A stretch of 63,622 nt of DNA, filler included, from Sanchytrium tribonematis (Eukaryota), in NCBI GenBank assembly GCA_018985235.1. It is 7 parts of 7 records of this genome, joined end to end, with 100 filler letters (N's around TTAATTAATTAA, not from the genome) between each part and the next. Parts side by side here need not be neighbours in the genome. Positions count along the whole stretch, not along the records: positions 28,945 to 34,682 come from JADGIG010000580.1; positions 34,783 to 40,511 come from JADGIG010000581.1; positions 40,612 to 46,307 come from JADGIG010000582.1; 4 more parts are not named here. The stretch is one strand, 5' to 3'. The notes under the pieces are model-generated. The model had not been told where the DNA came from and searched no databases. It worked only from the letters and a program-made list of their open reading frames with translations. Position 1 is the first letter of the stretch; each line of letters starts with the position of its first letter. The position numbers and the translations under genes are program-made. Of this stretch, positions 31,487 to 40,720 are shown piece after piece.

Positions 31487-32125
31487 ATGATGTTCTACTT
31501 ATTTATCACCTTGTTATACAGTATACAATGCAAGAAGATGGCTAAACAAGATGCCGCACCACCTGCTGCAATACCGGATCAGCCAGTCGCCCAACCTGCA
31601 GTGCCTCCTGAAGTTCCAGCAGCACCCGTTGCCCCTGCTCCACCCGTTGCTCCAGTAGCACCGTCACCTCCTCCAGCAGCTCCAGCAGCTCCAGTTACGC
31701 CTCCAGTAGCACCAGCAGCCCCAGTAGCAACTACAAATACCACTGGTGCTGGAGGCCAAACAGCAGGAACAGGTGAAAAATTTACAGGTGACTCTACTAC
31801 TTATGGTGCAAGTGGAACTGGTGCATGTGGGACAGATACTACCACTCCAGCATTTTCAGTAGCACTAAATCAGCCCCAATTTGGAGGTAATTTTAAATCT
31901 GAGAAATGCGGTCAACAATTATGTGTGTGTGGGACTGGTAATAAAGGATCTCAAGGCAATGCACCCAAATCATATACTTGTCAGACTGCAACAGTTAATA
32001 ATTTATGTCCAGAATGCAAACAAGGTGCGTTAGATTTGAGTCAACCACTCTGGAAAGCAGTGTTTCCTCAAGATGATCCTAGTAGATTTGAAGTGAGCTG
32101 GACATGGGGTGCATGCAAGAAATAA
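31487..32125 (+). CDS. Secreted expansin/RlpA-like DPBB protein with Pro/Ala-rich linker
   Basis: Signal peptide, PAAP repeats, FTGDSTTY..GACG..VALN..CG..NLCPEC..LDLS..VSWTW. Confidence 0.85.
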   Translation: MMFYLFITLLYSIQCKKMAKQDAAPPAAIPDQPVAQPAVPPEVPAAPVAPAPPVAPVAPSPPPAAPAAPVTPPVAPAAPVATTNTTGAGGQTAGTGEKFTGDSTTYGASGTGACGTDTTTPAFSVALNQPQFGGNFKSEKCGQQLCVCGTGNKGSQGNAPKSYTCQTATVNNLCPECKQGALDLSQPLWKAVFPQDDPSRFEVSWTWGACKK

Positions 32126-32143
32126 ATAAATATTTACTCAATT

Positions 32144-32887
32144 TCACAAATATTTGAGCAACTCTTTTTTTTTAATTTCTACCAATTTGGCTTCTATTTC
32201 TGCATCCGATGGCAACTGGCTTAGGAAATGAATATCCTGTGGATATATACCAAATAAATTGCCATTATTCTGATTAATTTTTGCCATTTCTTTCTCTTCT
32301 AATTCTTTTGCCAATTTTAATGCGTCTTCATCCCCATAATATTCAATGGGCATTACTGGGATATCTGGTATTTCATTCTCTAATGCTTCAAATTCACGCT
32401 GCTGTTTCATTAATAATTTGACACCTTCTAATTCCCTAGCACGTCCAAAATATCTATAGCCATTTTTAGTATCCTTTGCAATAAATGCTTTAGATGGCTC
32501 AATTCTAGCATAATTAGGACCTCCTAGTTCTATAATACGCTGCTCCCAATCCTCCTTCTCACGAATTAGTTCATTTATTTTATCATTCATTTCTCTAATT
32601 TGAAATTCTTGCAAACTTTCATCCTGAATCATTTCTACTTTACGGGATATATCTTCAATTAACTCGAATCTAAACATCTTTGCATCTTCTAATGACTCAC
32701 AATCTTTGGTATTGACTGGTCTAGGCGTATATCTTTTTAATAATCCGCCTTCATATAATTCTTCCAAATCATATTGAGTGATTTTAAAATCATCTAATGC
32801 ATTTGTAAATGTTCTTTCAAAGTTTGTAAGGTCATAATGGGATGTTAGCGTGATTAAATCAGCATCAATTAAATTTGGTTTGCCCAT
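32144..32887 (-). CDS. ISY1: Pre-mRNA splicing factor Isy1 (divergent N-terminus)
   Basis: ISRKVEMIQD..FQIREMNDKINELIREK..WEQRIIELGGPNY, GYRYFGRARELEGVK. Confidence 0.9.
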   Translation of the reverse strand: MGKPNLIDADLITLTSHYDLTNFERTFTNALDDFKITQYDLEELYEGGLLKRYTPRPVNTKDCESLEDAKMFRFELIEDISRKVEMIQDESLQEFQIREMNDKINELIREKEDWEQRIIELGGPNYARIEPSKAFIAKDTKNGYRYFGRARELEGVKLLMKQQREFEALENEIPDIPVMPIEYYGDEDALKLAKELEEKEMAKINQNNGNLFGIYPQDIHFLSQLPSDAEIEAKLVEIKKKELLKYL

Positions 32888-33111
32888 GTCTTTGCAAATT
32901 TCAAGGAGAAGACTTGGGGATTTAAGAAGAGAATTGCAGAAATGCTGCAAACTGCATCGACTCGAGAGAATCCCAAGTCCTGAATATTGAACTTGTCGTT
33001 GAAGAATCTGTGAATGGATCTATTCCTCTGTTTAATCATATACACAGAAAACGAGATACTTTGATTGGACACACAAAGTATTTGAAGCTGCTCTTGATCA
33101 TCCATCAAAAA

Positions 33112-33828
33112 ATGATCTACCTGACACTTCTATTTGCATTACCAGCCGTAGCCAACCGGAGAAAAAGACCAAATCGAGTCCCTAGCAGAACAAAACCAAA
33201 ATTAACCAAAATCTTGGCCAAAAATCTTGCTTTTCGGTTAAATCAATATAAAAACTATCATGAATTACAATTCAAGATAGAATTAGGAACTATTCTCGAA
33301 GAGTATGATATAGTATCTGCAAAAAATAAACTTGAAGGCTTATCGGGGCAATTGGCTGATATTATTCGATTAAAAAATGTGCAACTTAAAAATATCAAAA
33401 AAGGTGATTTTGAAGCAGTCAGGCAATTTTTAATTGTCAACGGAGTGACTATCGAGGACATCAATTCAAATGCAGCTGTGTGGGATGAAATGAAAGGGAA
33501 TTTCGATAATTTTGAAAAGGAACTAAAAATTAAAACACTAGTTGCCAAGGAAGTTGAAGCATCAATGAATCCCCGAATTCAATCCACGTCAATGGAAGGT
33601 ATACTAGCAGGTACTGAGGCTGCACAACATGCATTAGATACTGCTATGGAGCCTGGAAATGAATTTGTTCCAAATATTGATGCCAATTTGGGAAATCCAT
33701 CCATTGATGTGGGTAGCAATGTCAATCCTGAAGAATGGATTCCAGAATTACCTATAGGACCAGAAGGGAAGACAGAGGGACCACCAGAAAAACCCATTGA
33801 AATACCAGCACTACACTTGATTAAATAA
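33112..33828 (+). CDS. Putative secreted protein
   Basis: MIYLTLLFALPAVA signal-like start. Confidence 0.55.
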   Translation: MIYLTLLFALPAVANRRKRPNRVPSRTKPKLTKILAKNLAFRLNQYKNYHELQFKIELGTILEEYDIVSAKNKLEGLSGQLADIIRLKNVQLKNIKKGDFEAVRQFLIVNGVTIEDINSNAAVWDEMKGNFDNFEKELKIKTLVAKEVEASMNPRIQSTSMEGILAGTEAAQHALDTAMEPGNEFVPNIDANLGNPSIDVGSNVNPEEWIPELPIGPEGKTEGPPEKPIEIPALHLIK

Positions 33829-33979
33829 ACAGCTTAAAATCAAATATTTATTGTTGATCAAGACAATATAAGAGAGCGTCAACAATGCAGTCACGATATC
33901 TAACCAATTTCAAATGTCCTGGATGATCTGGGTCGAAAACTAGCATTTCTAAAGTAGATTATTAAAAATTGATTCAAAT

Positions 33980-34315
33980 TTATTTCAACGGAATTGGTTC
34001 TTTTTCTACTGGATCAACTATAACAGTTTGGTATTGGTGCAAACAAAAGTCAGTGGCATTTGCTTTGCAATCCAAATACAACAATGTACCCACAACATCC
34101 AATGGAGTTGTAGACATTGAAGTCGAGTCGCCATTATCCACTACCTTTGAGATTGGGTAATTTGGTCTCTTGCAGATCACAATTCCTGCTGCATAACAAT
34201 TACTGAAATCTGTTAAAGTTGGAGGAGGTGGAGTAGGGGTTGCTGGTGCGGGTGGAGGACCATGGCTGGTTTTAGTCGGATGAGCAAAAACGGATAATGT
34301 GATCAAAGAAATCAT
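33980..34315 (-). CDS. Small secreted Cys-rich protein (paralog A)
   Basis: Signal peptide, Pro-rich stretch, FSNCYA..C..LDCK..A.DFC. Confidence 0.65.
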   Translation of the reverse strand: MISLITLSVFAHPTKTSHGPPPAPATPTPPPPTLTDFSNCYAAGIVICKRPNYPISKVVDNGDSTSMSTTPLDVVGTLLYLDCKANATDFCLHQYQTVIVDPVEKEPIPLK

Positions 34316-34457
34316 TATTGTAGGGGATGCAAACTCTATTTATGTCAATTCAAGGTAAATTTATTTCATACACAGCCTGTGTTTAAATTAGTCAGCAAAT
34401 CATGAAAACTGACATTTAATGACACAGACTTGGGAAATTAATTAGGGTTAAACTCAT

Positions 34458-34682
34458 TTATTTTCGAATCATTTGGGGTAGTACTGAGTTACTCGTCGTT
34501 GTTTGGAAAGTAGCTAAACAATGATCAATCGCATATAATTTGCAATTTAATTTCTTGGTTAAATGTGAAGATGGATCCTCTGAAGGGCTGTGATATATCT
34601 CTGGTTTTGGTACATCGCATTTTGCAGCATAACTTGCATAACAATTGCTAAATTTCGACATGTCAGAGAGAGAATTTGGCAA
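34458..34682 (-). CDS. Small Cys-rich protein (paralog B), 5'-truncated
   Basis: FSNCYA..C..LNCK..A.DHC..FQT pattern shared with 33980-34315. Confidence 0.6.
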   Translation of the reverse strand: MPNSLSDMSKFSNCYASYAAKCDVPKPEIYHSPSEDPSSHLTKKLNCKLYAIDHCLATFQTTTSNSVLPQMIRK

Positions 34683-34782
34683 NNNNNNNNNNNNNNNNNN
34701 NNNNNNNNNNNNNNNNNNNNNNNNNNTTAATTAATTAANNNNNNNNNNNNNNNNNNNNNNNNNNNNNNNNNNNNNNNNNNNN
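34683..34782. other. Artificial contig linker
   Basis: N44-TTAATTAATTAA-N44. Confidence 0.98.
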
Positions 34783-34924
34783 CTATTCTCTAATATGCAA
34801 TTTTTATACATGTATGACATTTTAGATGCAATTTGGGGTGATAAAATATTATAAGACATGATTTTAATCATTTTAAAGGAGTGTCTCAAAAAATAAAATG
34901 ATCATTCGTTTATTGTTTGATGAA

Positions 34925-35707
34925 TTAATTTTGCCATTCACCTAGTTTTGATTTTATGAAATAGTAAAATCGGGAAGTCAAATTGTCAACTTCAAGAGAT
35001 CCTACAAATAGTTTCAACTCATTTAGTGCTTTATCCATTAAATAACGTTTCGGATGAACATATTTTGATACAAGTAAGTGTTTTGTAGAGAGCCCCAATA
35101 CAACATCAGAATGAACAAAGTGATAATCCGTATCCAAACCGTAGTTGTTGATTAGCGGATTCATTTTGTAAACAAAAATATTTGTGGGAATGATTTCAAA
35201 TTGTTTGATAAAAGTCAACAAAATAGTTATTTTTGAATGAAGTATGACACGATCTTCTGATAAAAACTCTAATAGTACACCTATATAGTTTGCAAAATTC
35301 CATTTCAAGGTAGAATCGAAGATGTCCCACATACGAATAAACAAGTTTAAATTTATCAATATATTTTGTTTTGATTCTCTATCTAAGTTAGTTGATTTTG
35401 TTGATCGACTGGTGGTTCTTTGTGACGATTCATAATCAAAATCATTGAACAAATTTTTAATGAACAATTGTCCGCAAGAAGAAGAAGCTTTGCATTGGTA
35501 TTGATCATCCATTGAGTCGCGCTTTGATCTCAAAAACTGAATCATTGATGTAATTGGTCCAAGTGATTTAAAACTACATGTTCCACTTATTGCGAAGTCC
35601 TGTAATATGTTTACAACGTAATCTGCAATCATTCCATTTTTGGATGAACTGGGTGGATTGTTCAATGTGGGAAATGCAAATAGATGTAAAAATACAATCA
35701 ACATCAA
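34925..35707 (-). CDS. Putative secreted hypothetical protein
   Basis: 260-aa ORF with a hydrophobic N-terminus. Confidence 0.5.
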   Translation of the reverse strand: MMLIVFLHLFAFPTLNNPPSSSKNGMIADYVVNILQDFAISGTCSFKSLGPITSMIQFLRSKRDSMDDQYQCKASSSCGQLFIKNLFNDFDYESSQRTTSRSTKSTNLDRESKQNILINLNLFIRMWDIFDSTLKWNFANYIGVLLEFLSEDRVILHSKITILLTFIKQFEIIPTNIFVYKMNPLINNYGLDTDYHFVHSDVVLGLSTKHLLVSKYVHPKRYLMDKALNELKLFVGSLEVDNLTSRFYYFIKSKLGEWQN

Positions 35708-35933
35708 GGGGTCACATTGTCAATGGAATGTACAAATAGGATCAAACCATTTCTGAAGCAAATCACCTAAATTGGAAGCAATTAAACACTGCAAATCCAC
35801 TCACCACTAACTACCAATTGAAGCATTGCCCTGTAAATCACCATGTCTCACTATGAATCATGTGCTTACAACATGTAATGACATGCGACGTCTATACATT
35901 TTGAAACAAATTCTAAAAATCAAGCCTCTCCAA

Positions 35934-36377
35934 ATGCTCTCTCAAAAATCATCCATCATGAAGAGATTAAATAAAGAATTCAATGAATGTATGTTACATC
36001 CAGTAGATGGCATTGATTTATTCCCAGATGACACATTATTAAAATGGACTGCCATTATTGAAGGAAATGGGGTCTATTTAGGCTATTCTTATAAATTAGA
36101 TGTCTCCATTCCAACTAGTTATCCATTTCAACCCCCTAATGTCCAATTTATGAATTTCTGTTACCATCCAAATGTCAATCATCAAGGGAATATTTGTTTG
36201 GATATTTTACAAGATAAATGGAGTCCTGCTTATTCTATTCAATCCATGTTATTGAGTATTCAAAGTTTATTAAGTGATCCCAATTGTCATTCACCATTAA
36301 ATGGAGAAGCTAGTAAATTATGGGGTAGTTCAGAGTATTTGGAACAATTAAAATGTACATATGAGCCATTAGAGTAA
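35934..36377 (+). CDS. Ubiquitin-conjugating enzyme E2, UBE2C/Ubc11-like
   Basis: YPFQPP, YHPNVNHQGNICLDILQDKWS, SPLN. Confidence 0.92.
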   Translation: MLSQKSSIMKRLNKEFNECMLHPVDGIDLFPDDTLLKWTAIIEGNGVYLGYSYKLDVSIPTSYPFQPPNVQFMNFCYHPNVNHQGNICLDILQDKWSPAYSIQSMLLSIQSLLSDPNCHSPLNGEASKLWGSSEYLEQLKCTYEPLE

Positions 36378-36534
36378 TATTAATAAATAAATGTAGATAT
36401 AGGTGAATTGATGTCAATGTGGACATTGTAAAATACCCATAATCCCAGGAGGCACGTACAAAGAATTGATTGGCTTGTAAATATTACAAATGACCCCAGG
36501 TTGACTATTTAGCAGTTGATACCCCCGGAGAATC

Positions 36535-37350
36535 ATGATGTATTCATTCGCAATGTTGGCAAGTGTATTGTCAATAAAGGAACGATCCAAATGTGCTGCG
36601 TCGGGTATTGTTGAACAAATATTTGAATGGAAGACTATAAAGTATAGCTACTCTTTAAATACACATTCATGTGAAATCAATGCTTTTGAATTTAAATCCA
36701 GAGGTGTACAGGCCATGTATGGCTTACTAGATGATGAAAGTCACAATGATCATTATGCAAAGATCAAGCAAAAGCTCGAAAATTCTAAACAGATAACATC
36801 AACCTATGACCACTATGAAAAAAGAACTTTTGAAACTGTAAGTTTTCTATATTTAGAAAACAATTTAGAATTGTATAAAATGGCAGAGAATATGTACAAG
36901 GTCAATTTTAAATTGAATGTTGTGTGCGTCGACGCCGTTTATAGATACAATAGCAAAAAGGCTTCCACGTTCTTTCATTTGGATCGTCAAAATGACGATT
37001 ATAGATATTCTAGAATGGGTTTTCAAGAAGAACTGCAAACAAAGTACAAGTACAGATTGAGGAGAACATATTTAAATGTGTGGATTAATTTGGGAAAGAC
37101 CATAGGCAATTATCCATTGGGGTTCATTTTTGATTACCCAGAAAACAGTTTGTCTCCACAAAGGGACACTTCTACGCTTGATGATGGTGAATATGATGTA
37201 TATTATTACAAAGATATGAGTCCAGGTACTGTCTTATTCTTTAAATCGTCTGAGATTGTACATGGAGCTATTAAATTTAATGACGAACCAGCTGAGAGAA
37301 GTTCTTTAGAATTTAGATGCATGGAGAAAAGTAGTGGATATAGTAAATGA
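36535..37350 (+). CDS. CmcJ/NvfI/AsaB-like Fe(II)/2OG oxygenase with signal-like N-terminus
   Basis: HLD, LNVWINL..YPLGF, YYYKDMSPGTVLFFK, HGA, ERSSLEFR. Confidence 0.65.
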   Translation: MMYSFAMLASVLSIKERSKCAASGIVEQIFEWKTIKYSYSLNTHSCEINAFEFKSRGVQAMYGLLDDESHNDHYAKIKQKLENSKQITSTYDHYEKRTFETVSFLYLENNLELYKMAENMYKVNFKLNVVCVDAVYRYNSKKASTFFHLDRQNDDYRYSRMGFQEELQTKYKYRLRRTYLNVWINLGKTIGNYPLGFIFDYPENSLSPQRDTSTLDDGEYDVYYYKDMSPGTVLFFKSSEIVHGAIKFNDEPAERSSLEFRCMEKSSGYSK

Positions 37351-37481
37351 TTTGCAACTTGATTGGACAATCAATAATGGCTCAAAATGGCTTTCAATAA
37401 CCCATGTTCATTCGCCATAACATTGATCAAATCATCTTAATGTTTTCCCATTTAAATGAACCATTGCCCTTTTTCAATAAA

Positions 37482-37847
37482 ATGAAATCGCTCTTAACCC
37501 GCAAAGAACAATTACTAACCTGGTTCACCATCATGTTCCTGATAATCAATTCCAGCAATTCCTTTATCCAATTACCCTATCTATTCGTGATTGTATCCAT
37601 ATACCGAATTGATCCAAAATGGTTAACAAAAGCACATAAAATTCACAAAATCACATTTGTGGTATACTTTATTTTTTTATTATTAAGAAATATTGATATT
37701 CTTATTGCACTTCATACTTATCCGAATGTTATTTTCCATCAAATACTAGATTTTTTGATAAGTTTGGGATATTTAGTGATATCTGTAAGAATGGATTATT
37801 TATTTGGTAAGCATATTGAAGATTTAAATGATCCAACTGATCAATAA
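37482..37847 (+). CDS. Small membrane protein, tandem paralog 1
   Basis: TRKEQLLTWFTIMFL..YRIDPKWLTKA..RMDYLFGKHIE. Confidence 0.7.
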   Translation: MKSLLTRKEQLLTWFTIMFLIINSSNSFIQLPYLFVIVSIYRIDPKWLTKAHKIHKITFVVYFIFLLLRNIDILIALHTYPNVIFHQILDFLISLGYLVISVRMDYLFGKHIEDLNDPTDQ

Positions 37848-38200
37848 CCGAATAAATCATTTTATTTATTTCGTCTTCTTTTACTTTATGGTAATTCAGA
37901 TGATTGACAAATCTTTATCTCGGAGTTTGACCAAAAGATTCTCCATTCAGGATCAAGTTGATCCTAGCAATTAACCAGCTGAAAAAAAGACTTTAGAATT
38001 TAACAGATATAGTAAATGATTTAGTAAACATAATTTGTTTTTGTTAAAAAGTCAACATTACTTGATTGGACAATAAATAATGGGCTCAATAATGGCTCAA
38101 AATAACCCATGTTCATTCGTCATTTCAATCTACAAATCAATTCAATCTAATCATCTTAATGTTTTCCCATTTAAAGGACCATTGCCCCTTTCAAAACACA

Positions 38201-38581
38201 ATGACAACGCTCTTCACCCGCAAAGAACAATTACTATCCTGGTTCACCATCATGTTCCTCACTCTCAACTCATTAAATTCAAGTATCCAAATCATTTATT
38301 TGTTCTTTTTTGTATCCATTTACAGAATAGATCCAAAATGGTTAACAAAAGCATATAAATATCACAGAATCACCTATGTGATATTATCTTTTATCATTTT
38401 ATCAAATAGTATTAGTATCATGGCATTTTCCAATGATTTACATGCAATTAATAATCAAATTCTTGATTTTATCAAATATTTGGGATATTTAGTGATTTCT
38501 GCTAGAATGGACTATTTATTTGGTAAGCATATTGAACATGTCAATGATCCAACAGATCGATTGATTTCATTAACAGAATAA
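38201..38581 (+). CDS. Small membrane protein, tandem paralog 2
   Basis: Same motifs as 37482-37847; the upstream DNA is duplicated too. Confidence 0.7.
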   Translation: MTTLFTRKEQLLSWFTIMFLTLNSLNSSIQIIYLFFFVSIYRIDPKWLTKAYKYHRITYVILSFIILSNSISIMAFSNDLHAINNQILDFIKYLGYLVISARMDYLFGKHIEHVNDPTDRLISLTE

Positions 38582-38587
38582 ATCAAT

Positions 38588-39676
38588 TTATTGAATGCGT
38601 CTTCTTTGTCTTTTGGGTGATTTTTGAGTATCTTGTACATCTTCAGAAAGTAATCCCAATCTCTTCAATTTATCATTTAAATATTGGCCTGCTCGTACAT
38701 ATTCTTTAGTCTCATCTACTGGTCCAATTAATGGTTTCAAATACAAATCAGGATGTGAATGAAGAAACAAAGTCGATGAGACACGCCACAAGGGTCTATT
38801 TAATTGAAATTGTCTATTTCGTGCATCTAATGTCTTTTCAGTCACTATGACTTCATGATATCCTGCTAATACTTGATCATTTGTCAACATTTGCAATTGT
38901 TTTCCTGCTTGCATCAATAAATCCCCATTTTCCAATACAACAGGCACTTTTTGTAAATCTCTTGTCCAAATAAACAATCCAGGGAATCTAGATTTACCAT
39001 GTACAGTAATCAAATTCATATCCGAGTGAAATGCAGCCAATACATTCCCTGTTTCAACATTTGATAAATCACTGCCTGTGGGTGCTAATAAATGATTGCC
39101 ACTGTCACAATATTGCATTAATTGACCCGGTTGGAATTCAAATCCAGTTTCAAGCATTTTACAAACTGTAATACCGGATTGCACGAGTAATTCACCCCAT
39201 TCATTCATGGTGGATGCCCATTGATCTTGGAAATGCTCAGGAATCACTGGTTCATATTGTTTATGGGGGAAATAGATGCTATGACATGTACCAATTCGCC
39301 AAAAGAATCTCCATTTTGGATCTGGTTGATTGTTCCATTCTGTTGCTTGATTCTCACCAGATAATTGGGTAAAAACTTGAGCACATTTTGGATTCCTTAA
39401 ACAACCTGGATGTTCTTTATTACCGGGTGTGGCACCTGCTTGATATCCATAAGTTGGTCTAGCATCTTTTAATTTCACTTGATTGTCTTGATTGTAATAA
39501 TCTTCCAACATGTTTAGAAAATGGTCATTTTTATCAAATGAGACACGTGGATCTTTAATGATGACTGCACCGTATTCTGAGAAACCTTGTTTAATGGCAT
39601 TGATGGCCATTGGATCAATTCCATTTTCAATAAATGTGGATAAATCAATAGTTGGCAAAATGGAAGAGAGCTTCAT
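38588..39676 (-). CDS. IPNS/clavaminate-synthase-like Fe(II)/2OG oxygenase
   Basis: DPKWRFFWRIG, HLLAPTGSDL, FHSDMNLITVHGKSRFPGL, AGYHEV, WRVSSTLFLH. Confidence 0.85.
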   Translation of the reverse strand: MKLSSILPTIDLSTFIENGIDPMAINAIKQGFSEYGAVIIKDPRVSFDKNDHFLNMLEDYYNQDNQVKLKDARPTYGYQAGATPGNKEHPGCLRNPKCAQVFTQLSGENQATEWNNQPDPKWRFFWRIGTCHSIYFPHKQYEPVIPEHFQDQWASTMNEWGELLVQSGITVCKMLETGFEFQPGQLMQYCDSGNHLLAPTGSDLSNVETGNVLAAFHSDMNLITVHGKSRFPGLFIWTRDLQKVPVVLENGDLLMQAGKQLQMLTNDQVLAGYHEVIVTEKTLDARNRQFQLNRPLWRVSSTLFLHSHPDLYLKPLIGPVDETKEYVRAGQYLNDKLKRLGLLSEDVQDTQKSPKRQRRRIQ

Positions 39677-39822
39677 GGGGAACAACGAGTGATGTGATTT
39701 ATAGATTCACGTGGATTAATGTGATGTAATATGGTGTGATTTACAACTGAATGACTTGCAAATGACGCATCTATTGCGAAATCAGGAGAGAATTGCAAGA
39801 AATAACATTATTCCAAAATTTA

Positions 39823-40511
39823 TTAAAAATGAAATGAGCTCTTGCTTTGATTCAAAAATAATGATAATCTCTTAGTTTTCTTCTTAATATGCCATGGTGT
39901 CTTTCCAATAATCAATGCTGCTAGAATAGAATTAAAATATGTTCTAAAAATTGAAAATGGTGTCCAATTGACTTGTAATATTTTACCATTTTGAGTGTAT
40001 TGAGATAGTGTGACTGGTAAAGAGGATAATGAAGTGTAATTTGAAGTAGTTTGACTGATATTTAATGAAGATTGTGAGTTTGTAGAAATAGAAATGGTTG
40101 TAAATCTAAAGATTCTAGTGGGAATACTGGGTAATGTGGAAGTAAATTCTGTAGTCACCGAGTTTATAGTACTTGAATTGGTAAATAAATTGTCATGTGT
40201 GCAAAGGGAGAGAATATTTTGGATATTCTGGTTATTTAATAGTGGATTCTGACTGATATTACAATCTGACAAGCTAGAATTGTTCCAAATAATCACATTA
40301 CTGATCATGTTATTATCAATTTGCAAGGTAGCTGGTTGTTTAACAGATAATGTGCCACTCAATTGATTATTGGATAATCTCATAGTTGCTAGTACACTAG
40401 AGAATGCGTCATCTGCATGAATATGGTAATATGTAAAATTACTCACATCATCAATCAATAAATTATTGTTTAAATTGATTTCTGAGATGGAAATTGGAAA
40501 AGGAGGGGGCG
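39823..40511 (-). CDS. LRR cell-surface protein (LRR, S/T-rich stalk, TM, basic tail), 5'-truncated
   Basis: LSNNQLSGTL, IDNNMIS, CNISQNPLL..C, Ser/Thr-rich region, then a TM segment. Confidence 0.7.
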
Positions 40512-40611
40512 NNNNNNNNNNNNNNNNNNNNNNNNNNNNNNNNNNNNNNNNNNNNTTAATTAATTAANNNNNNNNNNNNNNNNNNNNNNNNNNNNNNNNN
40601 NNNNNNNNNNN
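40512..40611. other. Artificial contig linker
   Basis: N44-TTAATTAATTAA-N44. Confidence 0.98.
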
Positions 40612-40720
40612 GGATTTAATTAAGTCATACGATGATATTTTACAATATGAAATTGAAAGACTCAAACAGGCACCTATCGACCTATTTTATAAATTGCAAT
40701 TATCAAAACGTAGACATAAA

